Made by a program: the position numbers and the translations under genes
The notes under the pieces: model-generated
The model's database searches: none
The model's input: the letters and a program-made list of their open reading frames with translations, nothing else
Told to the model about the DNA's origin: nothing
Shown: positions 1 through 12,435 of the stretch, piece by piece
Layout of the letters: the number at the start of each line of letters is the position of its first letter
Numbering within the stretch: position 1 is the stretch's first letter
From: Lawsonibacter sp.
Lineage (GTDB): Bacteria; Bacillota; Clostridia; Oscillospirales; Oscillospiraceae
DNA length: 64,000 nt
Assembly (NCBI GenBank): GCA_045601925.1
Contig: JAZSAP010000092.1
Span: forward strand, 1,723 to 65,722
Direction: 5' to 3'

Positions 1-1
1 G

Positions 2-547
2 CTGATGGAGGTGGAACTGCCCCAGGGTCTGAACGTAAAAAACGCCGTCTTCTGCGCCATCGATGGGCAGCTGGCCGGCATCTTCGCACTGAACTACGCC
101 CTGCCCGACGTGGCCTTCCCTGCCATCGACGCCCTGCTGCAGGAGCGGCTGGCCCCCGTGCTGGCCACCCGGGACTTCAACATCATCCCCGCCATGCTGC
201 AGCAGCGGTTCCGTCTGGCGGTGGCCCGAATGGACTTCCCTCCCGTCCAGCGGCGGCGCGAGCTGTCCGACCCGGACCAGAACCACAACACAACCCTGAC
301 CGCCGTGCTGTGCCGGGAGGGCATCTTTCCCCTGTCCGAGGCGGTGGTGGGCGCCCGCCGACTGCGTCGGGCGGTGCGGCTGAATGCCGCGCTGGGCTGT
401 ATTGGCTCGGTACTGGGTACAGCGCTGGCCTGTTACCTGACCGCCGTGTCCGCCTTTGCCTCCATCAGTCCGGTCAATCTGCTGCTGTTCCTGCTTTTGT
501 GGCTGATCCCCTCCTGGTTTATTACAGGTTGGGTGGACCAGTACTGA
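2..547 (+). CDS. C-terminal part of a membrane protein resembling a degenerate P1B-type ATPase (5' end outside the window)
   Basis: Frame is open from the window edge. AVFCAIDGQLAGIFAL and ARRLRRAVRLNAALG followed by two TM helices resemble P-type ATPase C-terminal segments, but TGD and GDGxND are absent. Confidence 0.5.
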   Translation: MMEVELPQGLNVKNAVFCAIDGQLAGIFALNYALPDVAFPAIDALLQERLAPVLATRDFNIIPAMLQQRFRLAVARMDFPPVQRRRELSDPDQNHNTTLTAVLCREGIFPLSEAVVGARRLRRAVRLNAALGCIGSVLGTALACYLTAVSAFASISPVNLLLFLLLWLIPSWFITGWVDQY

Positions 548-560
548 TTTGCGTTTCAAC

Positions 561-597
561 AAAAACCGCCCCGTCCGAATGGACGGGGCGGTTTTTT
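561..597. terminator. Bidirectional intrinsic terminator
   Basis: aaaaaccgccccgtcc-gaat-ggacggggcggttttt between convergent genes. Confidence 0.85.
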
Positions 598-605
598 GCG
601 TTTTA

Positions 606-1196
606 TCAAGTCTCGGCAGGTGCGTTCTTTTCCCGCTCTGCCTTTTCCTTTTTCAGGGCGTTGACGTTGTCCCTGCCGTACAGAAAGAAGGAAATGGCGA
701 TCATCACCATGGTAGCACCAATGAAAAGCGCCGACTGGGACTCGGAGATATTCTCCCAGAAAATATGGATGACCATGGTGGCATAAAGCAACACCGTTGC
801 CGCCTTTCCGTGCCAGTCCGCGCTGATGACCACACCGGTGCGGCGAATGACCAGCAGGCCGGTGACGCTCATGAACGTCTCCTTCAGCACCATCATGGCA
901 AGGGGCAGCACCATCAGGGGAAATCGCACGAGCAGGCACACCAGCACGGTAGCCTGGGTCAGCTTGTCCGCAATGGGGTCCAGCACCTTTCCAAGGTCGC
1001 TGATCATGTGGAAGTGCCGGGCAATAAAGCCGTCCACCACGTCGGTCACGCCGGAGAAAATCAGCAAACCGCCTGCCCAGGCGTAATTTTTCTCCACGCA
1101 GTACAGCCACACGATGACGGGGATCATGGCAATGCGGATCATGGACAGGACATTTGGAACGGTCAGTATCTTTTTCTTCGTATCCATTTCGTTCAT
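606..1196 (-). CDS. CDP-alcohol phosphatidyltransferase (PgsA/cardiolipin synthase-like)
   Basis: TVPNVLSMIR and the family motif DxxDGxxARxxxxxSxxGxxLDPxADK. Confidence 0.9.
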   Translation of the reverse strand: MNEMDTKKKILTVPNVLSMIRIAMIPVIVWLYCVEKNYAWAGGLLIFSGVTDVVDGFIARHFHMISDLGKVLDPIADKLTQATVLVCLLVRFPLMVLPLAMMVLKETFMSVTGLLVIRRTGVVISADWHGKAATVLLYATMVIHIFWENISESQSALFIGATMVMIAISFFLYGRDNVNALKKEKAEREKNAPAET

Positions 1197-1220
1197 TCCT
1201 TCAAAGGCATGATTTTCTTT

Positions 1221-2558
1221 TTATCGGTTGGTGCGGCGCCAGATGCCCATCTTCTCCGCGTCGGCAATGAGCTGCTCACGGAAGTCGGGGTGGGCGATGC
1301 CGATGAGCTTCTCGGCCCGCTCCCAAACGGACAGGCCCTTCAGGTTGACCATACCGTACTCGGTGACGATGTACTGCACACAGGTTCGGGGGTCGGTGGC
1401 GATGGAGCCGGGGGTCAGGGTGGGTACGATGCGGCTTTTCAGGCTGCCATCCTTGCCGGTGACGGTGGACGACATGCAGATAAAGCTCTTGCCCCCCTTG
1501 GACAGGTAGGCGCCCAGCACGAAGTCCAGCTGACCGCCGGTGCCGGAGATATGCTTGATACCGGCAGACTCGGCGTTGACCTGACCGAACAGGTCCATGT
1601 CAATGGCGTTGTTGATGGAGATAAAGTTGTCGATCTGGCTGATGACACGCACGTCGTTGGTGTAGTCCACCGGCGCGCCCGCCACCTGGGGGTTGCTGTC
1701 CATGTAGTCGTACATCCGCTGGCTGCCGGCGGCAAAGGCGTAGACCTGGATCCCCCGGTCCACGTTCTTGTGCTTGCCGGTGATCTTGCCGGCAAGGGCC
1801 AGGTCCGCAAAACCATCCACATACATCTCCGTGTGGACGGACAGATCCTTCAGATCGGACTGGGCCAGCACCGAGCCGATGGTGCTGGGCATGGTACCAA
1901 TACCCAACTGCAGACAGGCGCCATTGGGAATTTGGGGAACCACCAAATTGGCCACGGCCCGGTCCACGTCGGTAGGTTCACCGCTGGCGGGCAGGGTGGC
2001 AACGGGGGGATCGTCCCCCTCCACCACCATATCCACGTCCCGGATGTTGACTTCGCAGCCCTTCAGGCCGTTGACCCGGGGCATATTCTTGTTGACCTCC
2101 ACGATGACGACCTTCGCCCGGTCCAGCATGTCCGCAATGTGAGAGCTGGCGAGAGAATAGCTGAAATTGCCGTGGCTGTCCATGGGGGTGACCTGGATCA
2201 TGGCCACGTCCACAGTCAGGCCGTCCCGGTAGAACCGGGGCAGTTCGGAATAGCGCATAGGGCTGAAGTAACCCATGCCGGAGGCGATGATCTTCCTGTC
2301 CACGCCGGTGCAGTGCCAGCTGTTCCAGGTGAAGTGTTCGCCGGCGTCCTCGCCCTTGCACACTTCGGGCATCCACATGGTCACGCCGCCGCGCAGCTTC
2401 ACGTCATACAGCTCACTGCGGCGGTCGGACAGGGCCTTATCAAGAGCCACGGGGTGGTTGGTACACCAGCCGTAGTCCACCCAGTCGCCGGATTTGACTA
2501 CTTTGACCGCCTGAACGGCGGTGGTGAGTTTTTGGCTGTAAAGGGCCTGATAGTCCAT
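1221..2558 (-). CDS. Butyryl-CoA:acetate CoA-transferase (acetyl-CoA hydrolase/transferase family)
   Basis: [29 protein letters not shown] and [10 protein letters not shown] motifs. GGAGG RBS before the ATG at 2558. Confidence 0.88.
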   Translation of the reverse strand: MDYQALYSQKLTTAVQAVKVVKSGDWVDYGWCTNHPVALDKALSDRRSELYDVKLRGGVTMWMPEVCKGEDAGEHFTWNSWHCTGVDRKIIASGMGYFSPMRYSELPRFYRDGLTVDVAMIQVTPMDSHGNFSYSLASSHIADMLDRAKVVIVEVNKNMPRVNGLKGCEVNIRDVDMVVEGDDPPVATLPASGEPTDVDRAVANLVVPQIPNGACLQLGIGTMPSTIGSVLAQSDLKDLSVHTEMYVDGFADLALAGKITGKHKNVDRGIQVYAFAAGSQRMYDYMDSNPQVAGAPVDYTNDVRVISQIDNFISINNAIDMDLFGQVNAESAGIKHISGTGGQLDFVLGAYLSKGGKSFICMSSTVTGKDGSLKSRIVPTLTPGSIATDPRTCVQYIVTEYGMVNLKGLSVWERAEKLIGIAHPDFREQLIADAEKMGIWRRTNR

Positions 2559-2574
2559 ATCTGTTCCTCCCAAT

Positions 2575-4494
2575 TCAATCATCCTGATTGAGGTAATAGG
2601 GTTTCATCAAGCTGGCCTGCTGGGTGGAGTCCTTGGTGCGGCTGCGCCCGGCCACATCGGGACCCCGGCGGTCACTGCGGCGGCGGTCCCGTTCCTGCTT
2701 TGGGGTCTGCTTGACGGGTTTTCCCTGTTTAGGCTGCGGCTTGGGGACAGCCGTCTTTTTTTCCGCCTTGGGCGGGGTCTGCTTCACGGGCGAGTCAAGA
2801 CTCGCCCCTACAGGCGCGGTTCCATTCTGCCCCGCCGGCTTTTTCCCCCTGCGGCGGCGGTTGCTCCGAGTCTGCTTAGGCTGCTCCTCCCGCTTGGATT
2901 GGGGCGCGGGGGCCGGGTTCACCTTCCGCGGGGCCAGCAGGCGGGCGGTGGCGTCCATGATACGGTCACCGGCCAGGGGATCGGGCCGTTCAAACTCCAC
3001 CACCGGCATCTGATTTCCGGTGTCTATACGGGTGCCGGGACGGGTCAGTTTGGGGCGGGCGGGGTGCTGGCCCATGGGAACAGGCTTACTTGCGGGCGAG
3101 TCAAGACTCGCCCCTACAACAGTCTGCTCTACCGGCTGCAGATTTACCTGCCCAGACTGGGCGGACTTTTTCTTTCTGCGGCGCTTTTTCTTGGCCGGCA
3201 CCTCGGCAGGCGGCCGGGTCGGCTGCTCCACGGTGGTGATCTTCTCCTGGGCCGCTTTGGCAGCCTGTCGGCGTTCCCGGCTGCGTTCCCGGGCGGCCTG
3301 TCGCGCCTCGGCATCCTCGGCGTTGATGATTTTGCCGTGCTTGTCCCGCACAGGCTCGGAAAAATCGGTCATGGGCCAGAGGTGGTTCTCTACCACCGGC
3401 ACCGGCTTGCCGATGAGCTTTTCAATCTCCTTCAGCAGGGGTTTCTCGCTGAACTCGCACAGGGCGATGGCCACGCCGTCACGACCCGCGCGGCCGGTGC
3501 GGCCGATGCGGTGGACGTAGGTCTCCGGCACGTCGGGCAGGTTGTAGTTGAACACGTGGCTCAACCGGTCGATGTCCAGACCCCGGGCGGCGATGTCCGT
3601 GGCCACAAGGGCGCGGATGCGGCCCGCCTTGAAGTCGGAAAGGGCTTGTTGCCGGGCGGTCTGGGACTTGTTGCCGTGGATGGCGGCGGCGGTGACACCC
3701 GCCTTTTCCAAGTCCCGGGCCACCTTGTTTGCACCATGCTTGGTGCGGGTGAAAACAAGGGCGTTTTTCGCCTGCTGCTCCTGCATGAGGTGGGCAATCA
3801 GCTTTGTCTTATTGCCCCGATCCACGAAATACACGCTCTGCCGGATGACCTCCACCGGTGAGGACACGGGGTCCACCGCCACACGGACGGGGTCATGGAG
3901 CAGGGAGTTGACCAGCTGGGTGATCTCCGGGGGCATGGTGGCGGAAAAGAAGAGGGTCTGCTTCTTCTGGGGCAGCCACTTCAAAATCTTCTTCACGTCG
4001 TGGATGAAGCCCATATCCAGCATGCGGTCCGCTTCGTCCAGCACGAAAATTTCCAGCTTGGACACGTTGATGAACCCCTGCTGATACAGGTCCTCCAGCC
4101 GACCGGGGGTGGCAACCAGCACGTCTACGCCCCGCTGCAGGGTCTGGACCTGGGGGTTCTGTCCCACGCCGCCGAAGATAACGGCGGTGCGCAGGGGTAG
4201 GAACTTGCCGTAGGCGTCAAAACTCTCGCCGATTTGGATGGCCAGCTCCCGGGTGGGGGTCAGGATCAGGGCGCGGATAGGGCGGCCGGCGGTCTTACGT
4301 CCGTCCAGCAGTTGTAAAATAGGCGTGGCAAAGGCACAGGTCTTGCCCGTACCCGTCTGGGCGCAGCCCAGCACGTCCCGCCCCGCAAGGGCGGGTGGGA
4401 TGGCCTTGGCCTGAATGGGCGAGGGGGTCTTGTACCCCTGCTGCTCCAGCGCCTTCAAAATGGGGGTGTTCAGCCCCAGTTCAGCAAATGTCAT
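2575..4494 (-). CDS. DEAD-box RNA helicase (RhlE-like) with a long basic low-complexity C-terminal tail
   Basis: Q motif, [26 protein letters not shown] and [10 protein letters not shown]. Confidence 0.95.
   Translation of the reverse strand: MTFAELGLNTPILKALEQQGYKTPSPIQAKAIPPALAGRDVLGCAQTGTGKTCAFATPILQLLDGRKTAGRPIRALILTPTRELAIQIGESFDAYGKFLPLRTAVIFGGVGQNPQVQTLQRGVDVLVATPGRLEDLYQQGFINVSKLEIFVLDEADRMLDMGFIHDVKKILKWLPQKKQTLFFSATMPPEITQLVNSLLHDPVRVAVDPVSSPVEVIRQSVYFVDRGNKTKLIAHLMQEQQAKNALVFTRTKHGANKVARDLEKAGVTAAAIHGNKSQTARQQALSDFKAGRIRALVATDIAARGLDIDRLSHVFNYNLPDVPETYVHRIGRTGRAGRDGVAIALCEFSEKPLLKEIEKLIGKPVPVVENHLWPMTDFSEPVRDKHGKIINAEDAEARQAARERSRERRQAAKAAQEKITTVEQPTRPPAEVPAKKKRRRKKKSAQSGQVNLQPVEQTVVGASLDSPASKPVPMGQHPARPKLTRPGTRIDTGNQMPVVEFERPDPLAGDRIMDATARLLAPRKVNPAPAPQSKREEQPKQTRSNRRRRGKKPAGQNGTAPVGASLDSPVKQTPPKAEKKTAVPKPQPKQGKPVKQTPKQERDRRRSDRRGPDVAGRSRTKDSTQQASLMKPYYLNQDD
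2787..2812 (-). repeat. GTAG-type REP-like palindrome, copy 1 (inside the helicase CDS)
   Basis: Minus strand TGTAGGGGCGAGTC-TT-GACTCGCCCG, identical to 3093-3118. Confidence 0.75.
3093..3118 (-). repeat. GTAG-type REP-like palindrome, copy 2 (inside the helicase CDS)
   Basis: 26/26 identical to 2787-2812. A 9 bp perfect stem preceded by GTAG. Confidence 0.75.
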
Positions 4495-4643
4495 TGTGTC
4501 TTCCTTATCCGTCTCGCGACAGCTGCCGCGTAATCACAAAAATACATAATATAGTGTACCATATTTTTCAAAAAAAGCAATGGATTTATGGCTGTGTGCA
4601 AATAAAAGGTGCGCAGACCGATGCTCTGCACACCTTTTGTCGT

Positions 4644-5780
4644 TTACAGCATCTCTTTTCCGCGGCAATAGGTCTGGGCCACGGAATAATCGTCCTCCAA
4701 AACCACGATGTCCGCATCCTTCCCCGCCACAAGACTGCCCTTGCGCTTTGCAAGACCAAGGCAGACGGCGGGATTGATGGTACAGGAGGCCAGGGCCTTG
4801 TGGAAGGGCACGCCCGCCTGCTCCATGCGCTGCAGCCCCCGGTTCATGGGCAGAGTGCTGCCGGCGATGATGTCCGTCCCCTTCAGGCGGGCCAGGCCGT
4901 CCTGCCCCACCTCGATATCGTAACCGCCCAGCTGATAGCTGCCGCCGGGGGGACAGTACTTCACCCGCAGGCTGTCGGTGACCATGATGGCCTTGTCCGC
5001 GTTCTTACAGCGGTAGAACAGCTGGGCCGCGGCCAAGTGGCTGTGGCAGCCGTCGGCGATGATCTCGCCGTACAGATCGCTTTGGGTCAGGGCCAGCCCC
5101 ACCAGTCCCGGCTTGCGGTGGTGCAGGGGCGTCATACCGTTATATATGTGGGTCATGCTTTTGGCCCCCTCAGCCACCGCCTGCAGACCCTGCTCATAAC
5201 TTGCCGCCGAATGGCCGATGCTGACCACCACGCCGTTGTCCCGGCAGTAGTGGGTCAGGGCAAAGTCCGTGTCATGCTCCGGGGCCAGGGTAATGTAGCG
5301 GATCAGACCCTTGGCGACGGCCTGATACCGCTTGAACTGCTCCACGCTGGGTGCTGCAATGGCCTCCGTCGGCTGGGCACCCTTGTAGTCCATGTCGAGG
5401 TAAGGCCCCTCAAAGTGGACGCCCAAAATCTCCGCGCCCTCGTACCCCTCGTCCACCACCTTTGCCACATTTGCAAGGGCGGCGGTCAGCACGTCGGGCA
5501 TTTGGGTCACGGTGGTGGGCAGGATGCCTGTGACCCCCTCCTCGGGGATACGGCGCACCCAGTCCCGCAGGCCTGCCGGCTGGGCATCGTTGGTATCGAA
5601 GCCGTATGCCCCGTGGGTATGCACGTCGATAAAGCCGGACACGATGCGCCGGTCGCCCCAGTCCGCGTCCACCTTATGTACATCGGGGGGACACAACTGA
5701 CGGATGACCCCATCCTCCATCACCAACTGGGCGGGGACGAACCCGCCGTCGATCCACACCCGACCGCTCTGTATTACCAC
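4644..5780 (-). CDS. nagA: N-acetylglucosamine-6-phosphate deacetylase
   Basis: GFIDVHTHG, HFEGPY, GHS, THIYNGM, DGCH, VTDS and IAGS motifs. Probable GTG start. Confidence 0.93.
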   Translation of the reverse strand: MVIQSGRVWIDGGFVPAQLVMEDGVIRQLCPPDVHKVDADWGDRRIVSGFIDVHTHGAYGFDTNDAQPAGLRDWVRRIPEEGVTGILPTTVTQMPDVLTAALANVAKVVDEGYEGAEILGVHFEGPYLDMDYKGAQPTEAIAAPSVEQFKRYQAVAKGLIRYITLAPEHDTDFALTHYCRDNGVVVSIGHSAASYEQGLQAVAEGAKSMTHIYNGMTPLHHRKPGLVGLALTQSDLYGEIIADGCHSHLAAAQLFYRCKNADKAIMVTDSLRVKYCPPGGSYQLGGYDIEVGQDGLARLKGTDIIAGSTLPMNRGLQRMEQAGVPFHKALASCTINPAVCLGLAKRKGSLVAGKDADIVVLEDDYSVAQTYCRGKEML

Positions 5781-5916
5781 AAAAAGCACCGCCTTTCATC
5801 GTCCCCATTCTACCACCCGCCGCTTCCTTTGTAAATCCCCGCTCCCGGCTGTAGAAATCTTTGCGTGATACGCCGTAAAAGCGCCCGCAAAATCCTTAAT
5901 CACACAATATTGTGCA

Positions 5917-5945
5917 TTGACATCCAATGTGCATTGTATTATACT
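5917..5945 (+). promoter_or_regulatory. Sigma-A promoter for the solute-binding protein gene
   Basis: TTGACA-17 nt-TATACT, overlapped by TGTGCATTG direct repeats. Confidence 0.7.
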
Positions 5946-6020
5946 TCTTTTGGAAGAACTCTTTGTAGGATTGTTCCAAAACCGGCCCCGCGCCGGAAAA
6001 TAGAAAACGGAGGTACAAGT

Positions 6021-7679
6021 ATGAAACTGACCCTGAAAAAGATCGTCAGCCTGGCTCTGGCCGTGCTGATGATCGCCGGCCTCGCCGCCTGCGGCAAGGA
6101 AGAGACCCCCACCGATCACACCGGTAAGGTCCTGACCATCGGCATTCAGCAGCGCCCTGCCGTGGATGACATGGACAACAACGACCTGACCCTGTGGTAT
6201 GAGGAGCAGCTGGGCATCGACATCCAGTTCGTCCCCTTCGCCCTCGGCTCTTCCGACTGGCGCGCCCAGGTCAACGCCATGATCGCCGCCGGCGAAGAGC
6301 TGCCCGACATTATGTGGGGCTTCGGCTGGAGTGATGGCGAGCGCTATGACTACGGCCGCGACGGCTACATCATCGACCTGACCGACCTGATGCTCAGCGA
6401 CAGCGCCGCCACCGTTGCCTGGCGCGAGCGTATGACCGAGCTGTTCGGTGAGGGCCGCCTGGAGACCGTCATGCGCAACATCGCCTCCCCCGACGGCAAG
6501 ATCTACGGCTTCCCCACTCAGGCCTACAGCGACGATTACAACACCAACACCCATACTTTCATCAACAAGGTTTGGCTTGACAAGCTGGGCCTGGAAATGC
6601 CCACCAACTGGGACGAGCTGGTTGAAGTGCTGCGCGCCTTTAAGACCGGCGACCCCAACGGTAACGGTAAGAATGACGAGATCCCCGCCATCGGCATGAT
6701 CCCCCCCACCACCACTGCCACCGGCGGCGCTACCAACGATCTGCCCGCCTGGATGCTGAACAACTTCGAGTTTGTCTGTGATGCTCGCCAGTGGAACGCC
6801 GTGGACGGCCAGCTGTACTCCCCCTACACCACCGACGCCTACCGTGAGGGCCTGAAGGCCCTGAACCAGCTGGTCAGCGAGGGTCTGCTGTCCGCCTCCA
6901 CCTGGACCATGACCTCCGGTACCGAGCTGGGCGCCGTCTGGACCCCCGCCAACGATGTGGCCATCGCCGGCGTCATCTCCGGCGCTATCACCGCCCGCGC
7001 CACCCAGGACAGCGAAGTGGCTTATGAGTACGTGGCTCTGCCCCCCTTCAACTACGCCCCCATGGTCACCTCCTACAACGTGCCCCCCTGCAACATGTTC
7101 ATCACCGAGGACTGCGAGGACGTGGAACTGGCCTTTGACTTCCTGCTGCTGGGCGCCACTGACGAGGCTTCCTATCGCGCCACCGTCGGTGTGGAGGGTG
7201 TCAACTGGGAGTGGGCCGAGGATGACTCCCCCGCCGGTAAGGGTTACCTTGTGACCAACTACCCCACCGCTCCCCACCACGTGACCTGGCACACCAATAT
7301 CGGCACTATGTCTCTGGAAAGCGTGAACACCGAGCATCACGCCCTCAGCGATCCCGCGGACGTATGGTCCAACGCCATGGATGACATCTTCCGCGACCAC
7401 GAGGTGAAGTACACCGCCATCGCCGACAAGAACAACCCCGAGGAGATCGTGGACAAGATCATCTACTCTCCCGAGGAGAGCGAGCAGCTGGGTGTGCGTC
7501 CCGCTGAGCTGCTGATCTACATCAAGGAGGCCCGCGCCAAGTTCGCCGTGGGTCAGCAGGGCTTCGACCCCAACAACGACACCGACTGGGACAACTACCT
7601 GAAGACCCTGGACAGCATGGGTATGCAGGAGTGGCTGGAGGTTTCCCAGACCGCTTACAGCCGCATGCTGGGCAAGTAA
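6021..7679 (+). CDS. Extracellular solute-binding lipoprotein (carbohydrate ABC family, LplA-like), orphan
   Basis: Lipobox LAACG, PDGKIYGFP, INKVWLDKLGLEMPTNWDEL and GDPNGNGKNDEIP. GGAGG RBS. Confidence 0.9.
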   Translation: MKLTLKKIVSLALAVLMIAGLAACGKEETPTDHTGKVLTIGIQQRPAVDDMDNNDLTLWYEEQLGIDIQFVPFALGSSDWRAQVNAMIAAGEELPDIMWGFGWSDGERYDYGRDGYIIDLTDLMLSDSAATVAWRERMTELFGEGRLETVMRNIASPDGKIYGFPTQAYSDDYNTNTHTFINKVWLDKLGLEMPTNWDELVEVLRAFKTGDPNGNGKNDEIPAIGMIPPTTTATGGATNDLPAWMLNNFEFVCDARQWNAVDGQLYSPYTTDAYREGLKALNQLVSEGLLSASTWTMTSGTELGAVWTPANDVAIAGVISGAITARATQDSEVAYEYVALPPFNYAPMVTSYNVPPCNMFITEDCEDVELAFDFLLLGATDEASYRATVGVEGVNWEWAEDDSPAGKGYLVTNYPTAPHHVTWHTNIGTMSLESVNTEHHALSDPADVWSNAMDDIFRDHEVKYTAIADKNNPEEIVDKIIYSPEESEQLGVRPAELLIYIKEARAKFAVGQQGFDPNNDTDWDNYLKTLDSMGMQEWLEVSQTAYSRMLGK

Positions 7680-7691
7680 TTCCTTACTTAA

Positions 7692-7729
7692 AAAAAGCAG
7701 GAGCAGTCGAAAGACTGCTCCTGCTTTTT
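7692..7729 (+). terminator. Intrinsic terminator after the SBP gene
   Basis: aaaaagcaggagcagtc-gaaa-gactgctcctgcttttt. Confidence 0.85.
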
Positions 7730-7734
7730 ATTCC

Positions 7735-7775
7735 AATAAAAAGGTCCCCCCGCTGCGGCAGGGGGACCTTTTATT
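7735..7775 (-). terminator. Intrinsic terminator after secA
   Basis: aaaaggtccccc...gggggacctttt hairpin with A/T tracts. Confidence 0.75.
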
Positions 7776-7778
7776 TTA

Positions 7779-10532
<2,754 letters not shown>

Positions 10533-10671
10533 ATCAAAAACACCTCACGGATATGGGTATCCACAATAAATCAATTTAGTATACCACACTTGCGCCCCAC
10601 GGAAAAGCATTATTTGTAAATAAATATATAAAAGGTGTTTTTCCCGGCCAATATTTCTTATTTTTGGGGTG

Positions 10672-10700
10672 TTGACAAAGTTCGCGCAATGTGGTACTGT
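10672..10700 (+). promoter_or_regulatory. Sigma-A promoter upstream of the glycine riboswitch
   Basis: TTGACA-17 nt-TACTGT with an extended -10 TG. Confidence 0.65.
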
Positions 10701-10754
10701 AATGCGGTAAATTGAACAGGACAGACGAAACGTGCAGAACGAAAGAACTGTGCG

Positions 10755-10845
10755 CGGATGTAACTCTGGAGAAGCTCGCAAAGCGGGGGCCGAAGGGGCA
10801 AAGCGGTGCAAGCCGTCAATCTCTCAGGCAAAAGGACAGAGATGG
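10755..10845 (+). ncRNA. Glycine riboswitch (single aptamer)
   Basis: ctctggaga...gccgaagg..caa...aatctctcaggcaaaaggacagag matches the glycine aptamer consensus. It lies upstream of an alanine/glycine symporter. Confidence 0.9.
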
Positions 10846-10878
10846 CTCGGGTTCTTTGAACCATTGTGCCAGCTTTGT

Positions 10879-10910
10879 GCCGTGGAGCGTGGGTTCCGCG
10901 GTTCTTTTTT
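10879..10910 (+). terminator. Riboswitch expression-platform terminator
   Basis: gccgtggagc-gtgg-gttccgcggt followed by a T-run, before the RBS. Confidence 0.65.
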
Positions 10911-10940
10911 GTCCTGTTTAGAAGAGAAAGGAAGTAAAAC

Positions 10941-12347
10941 ATGGAAAAATTTCTGGAAATTGTTAAGCTTGTAAACGGCAAGCTTAACGACTTCGCCTGG
11001 GGTCCCATCATGCTGTTCCTGCTCATCGGCACCGGCGTGTATCTGACCATCCGCACCCGCTGCATCCAAGTCAGCAAGTTCGGCTACATCATGAAGAACA
11101 CCATCGGCTCCCTGTTCACCAAGAAGGACAAGGGCGACGGCAAGAACCTGACCGCCTTCCAGGCCGTCAGCACCGCCATGGCCGGCACCGTGGGTACCGG
11201 CAACATCGCCGGCGTCACCGGCGCCCTGTTCGTGGGCGGCCCCGGCGCCGTGTTCTGGATGTGGGTGTCCGCTTTCTTCGGCATGTGCACCAAGTACGCC
11301 GAGATCGCCCTGTCCATGAAGTTCCGCAACAAGAAGGACGGCGTGTATTACGGCGGCCCTATGTACGCTATTGAAAAGGGTCTGGGCAAGAACTGGAAGT
11401 GGCTGGCTGTCATCTTCGCCATCCTGGGCGGCCTGACCTCCTTCGGTATCGGCAACATCGCCCAGTCCAGCGAGATCGCCGGTGCTGTCAGCAGTCTGTC
11501 CGGCGGCAAGATCTCCCTGCTGTGGGCCGGTATCATTCTGGCCGTTGTGGTTGCCATCGTCGTCCTGGGCGGTGTCAAGCGCGTGGGTCAGGTGACCTCT
11601 TACATGGTCCCCTTCATGTCCATCTTCTACATTCTGGCCGGTATCGCCGTCATCGTCCTGCGCATTACCGATGTGCCCGCCGCCTTCGCCGCCATCTTCA
11701 AGAGCGCCTTCAGCTTCAAGGCCGTCGGCGGCGGCGTCATGGGCTACGCTATCATGGTCGCCATGCGTCAGGGCTTTGCCCGCGGCGTCTTCTCCAACGA
11801 GGCCGGTATGGGTTCCGCTCCCATCGCCCACTCCGCCAGCGAGACCGAGGAGCCTGCCCAGCAGGCCATGTGGGGCGTGTTCGAGGTGTTCTTCGACACC
11901 ATCATCATCTGCTCCATCACCGCCCTGACTGTTCTTTTGTCCGGCATGGAGCTGTCTCAGACCGCGCTGGAAGGCTTTGCTTCCAAGGGCGCTGCTGCCG
12001 TGGCCGCCTTCAACTCCATCCTGCCCGGCACTCTGGGCGGCACCATCATCCAGATCAGCCTGATCTTCTTCGCCCTGTCCACCATCCTCAGCTGGAGCTA
12101 TTACGGCGAGCGCTGCTGGGGCTACCTGACCAACAACAACAAGGTCTTCGACATTTGTTACAAGGTCATCTTCGTGCTGGTCTGCGTTGTGGGTGCCACC
12201 GGTTCCGGCACCCTGATGTGGAACATCGCCGACACCCTGAACGGTCTGATGGCTCTGCCCAACCTGGTTGCTCTGCTGCTGCTGTCCGGCGTTGTGGCCA
12301 AGATCACCAAGGACTACTTCTTCTCCGGCAACAAGCTGAAAAAGTAA
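10941..12347 (+). CDS. Alanine/glycine:cation symporter (AGCS family)
   Basis: GTVGTGNIAGV, GGPGAVFWMW, GGPMY and RGVFSNEAGMGSAPIAH. Confidence 0.95.
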   Translation: MEKFLEIVKLVNGKLNDFAWGPIMLFLLIGTGVYLTIRTRCIQVSKFGYIMKNTIGSLFTKKDKGDGKNLTAFQAVSTAMAGTVGTGNIAGVTGALFVGGPGAVFWMWVSAFFGMCTKYAEIALSMKFRNKKDGVYYGGPMYAIEKGLGKNWKWLAVIFAILGGLTSFGIGNIAQSSEIAGAVSSLSGGKISLLWAGIILAVVVAIVVLGGVKRVGQVTSYMVPFMSIFYILAGIAVIVLRITDVPAAFAAIFKSAFSFKAVGGGVMGYAIMVAMRQGFARGVFSNEAGMGSAPIAHSASETEEPAQQAMWGVFEVFFDTIIICSITALTVLLSGMELSQTALEGFASKGAAAVAAFNSILPGTLGGTIIQISLIFFALSTILSWSYYGERCWGYLTNNNKVFDICYKVIFVLVCVVGATGSGTLMWNIADTLNGLMALPNLVALLLLSGVVAKITKDYFFSGNKLKK

Positions 12348-12362
12348 ATCTCCCCCTTCCTT

Positions 12363-12400
12363 TCCGCCCGGATGCTTGCCATCCGGGCGGATTTGTGTTT
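12363..12400 (+). terminator. Intrinsic terminator
   Basis: tccgcccggatg-cttgc-catccgggcgga followed by a T-rich tail. Confidence 0.7.
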
Positions 12401-12435
12401 TAATAGTGATAATCTGTCAAAAGGAGGCAACCTCT

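Noticed and set aside
549-2591. 680 aa + strand ORF and similar long antisense ORFs (for example 8775-10619, 14209-16692, 49149-50897, 51966-53744, 57330-58793)
   Set aside because: These are shadows of well-supported genes on the opposite strand. High-GC codon bias depletes antisense stops, and they have no motifs or RBS.
2787-3118. CRISPR array suggested by the repeated palindromic 26-mer
   Set aside because: There are only two copies, 306 nt apart, inside a CDS, and no cas genes.
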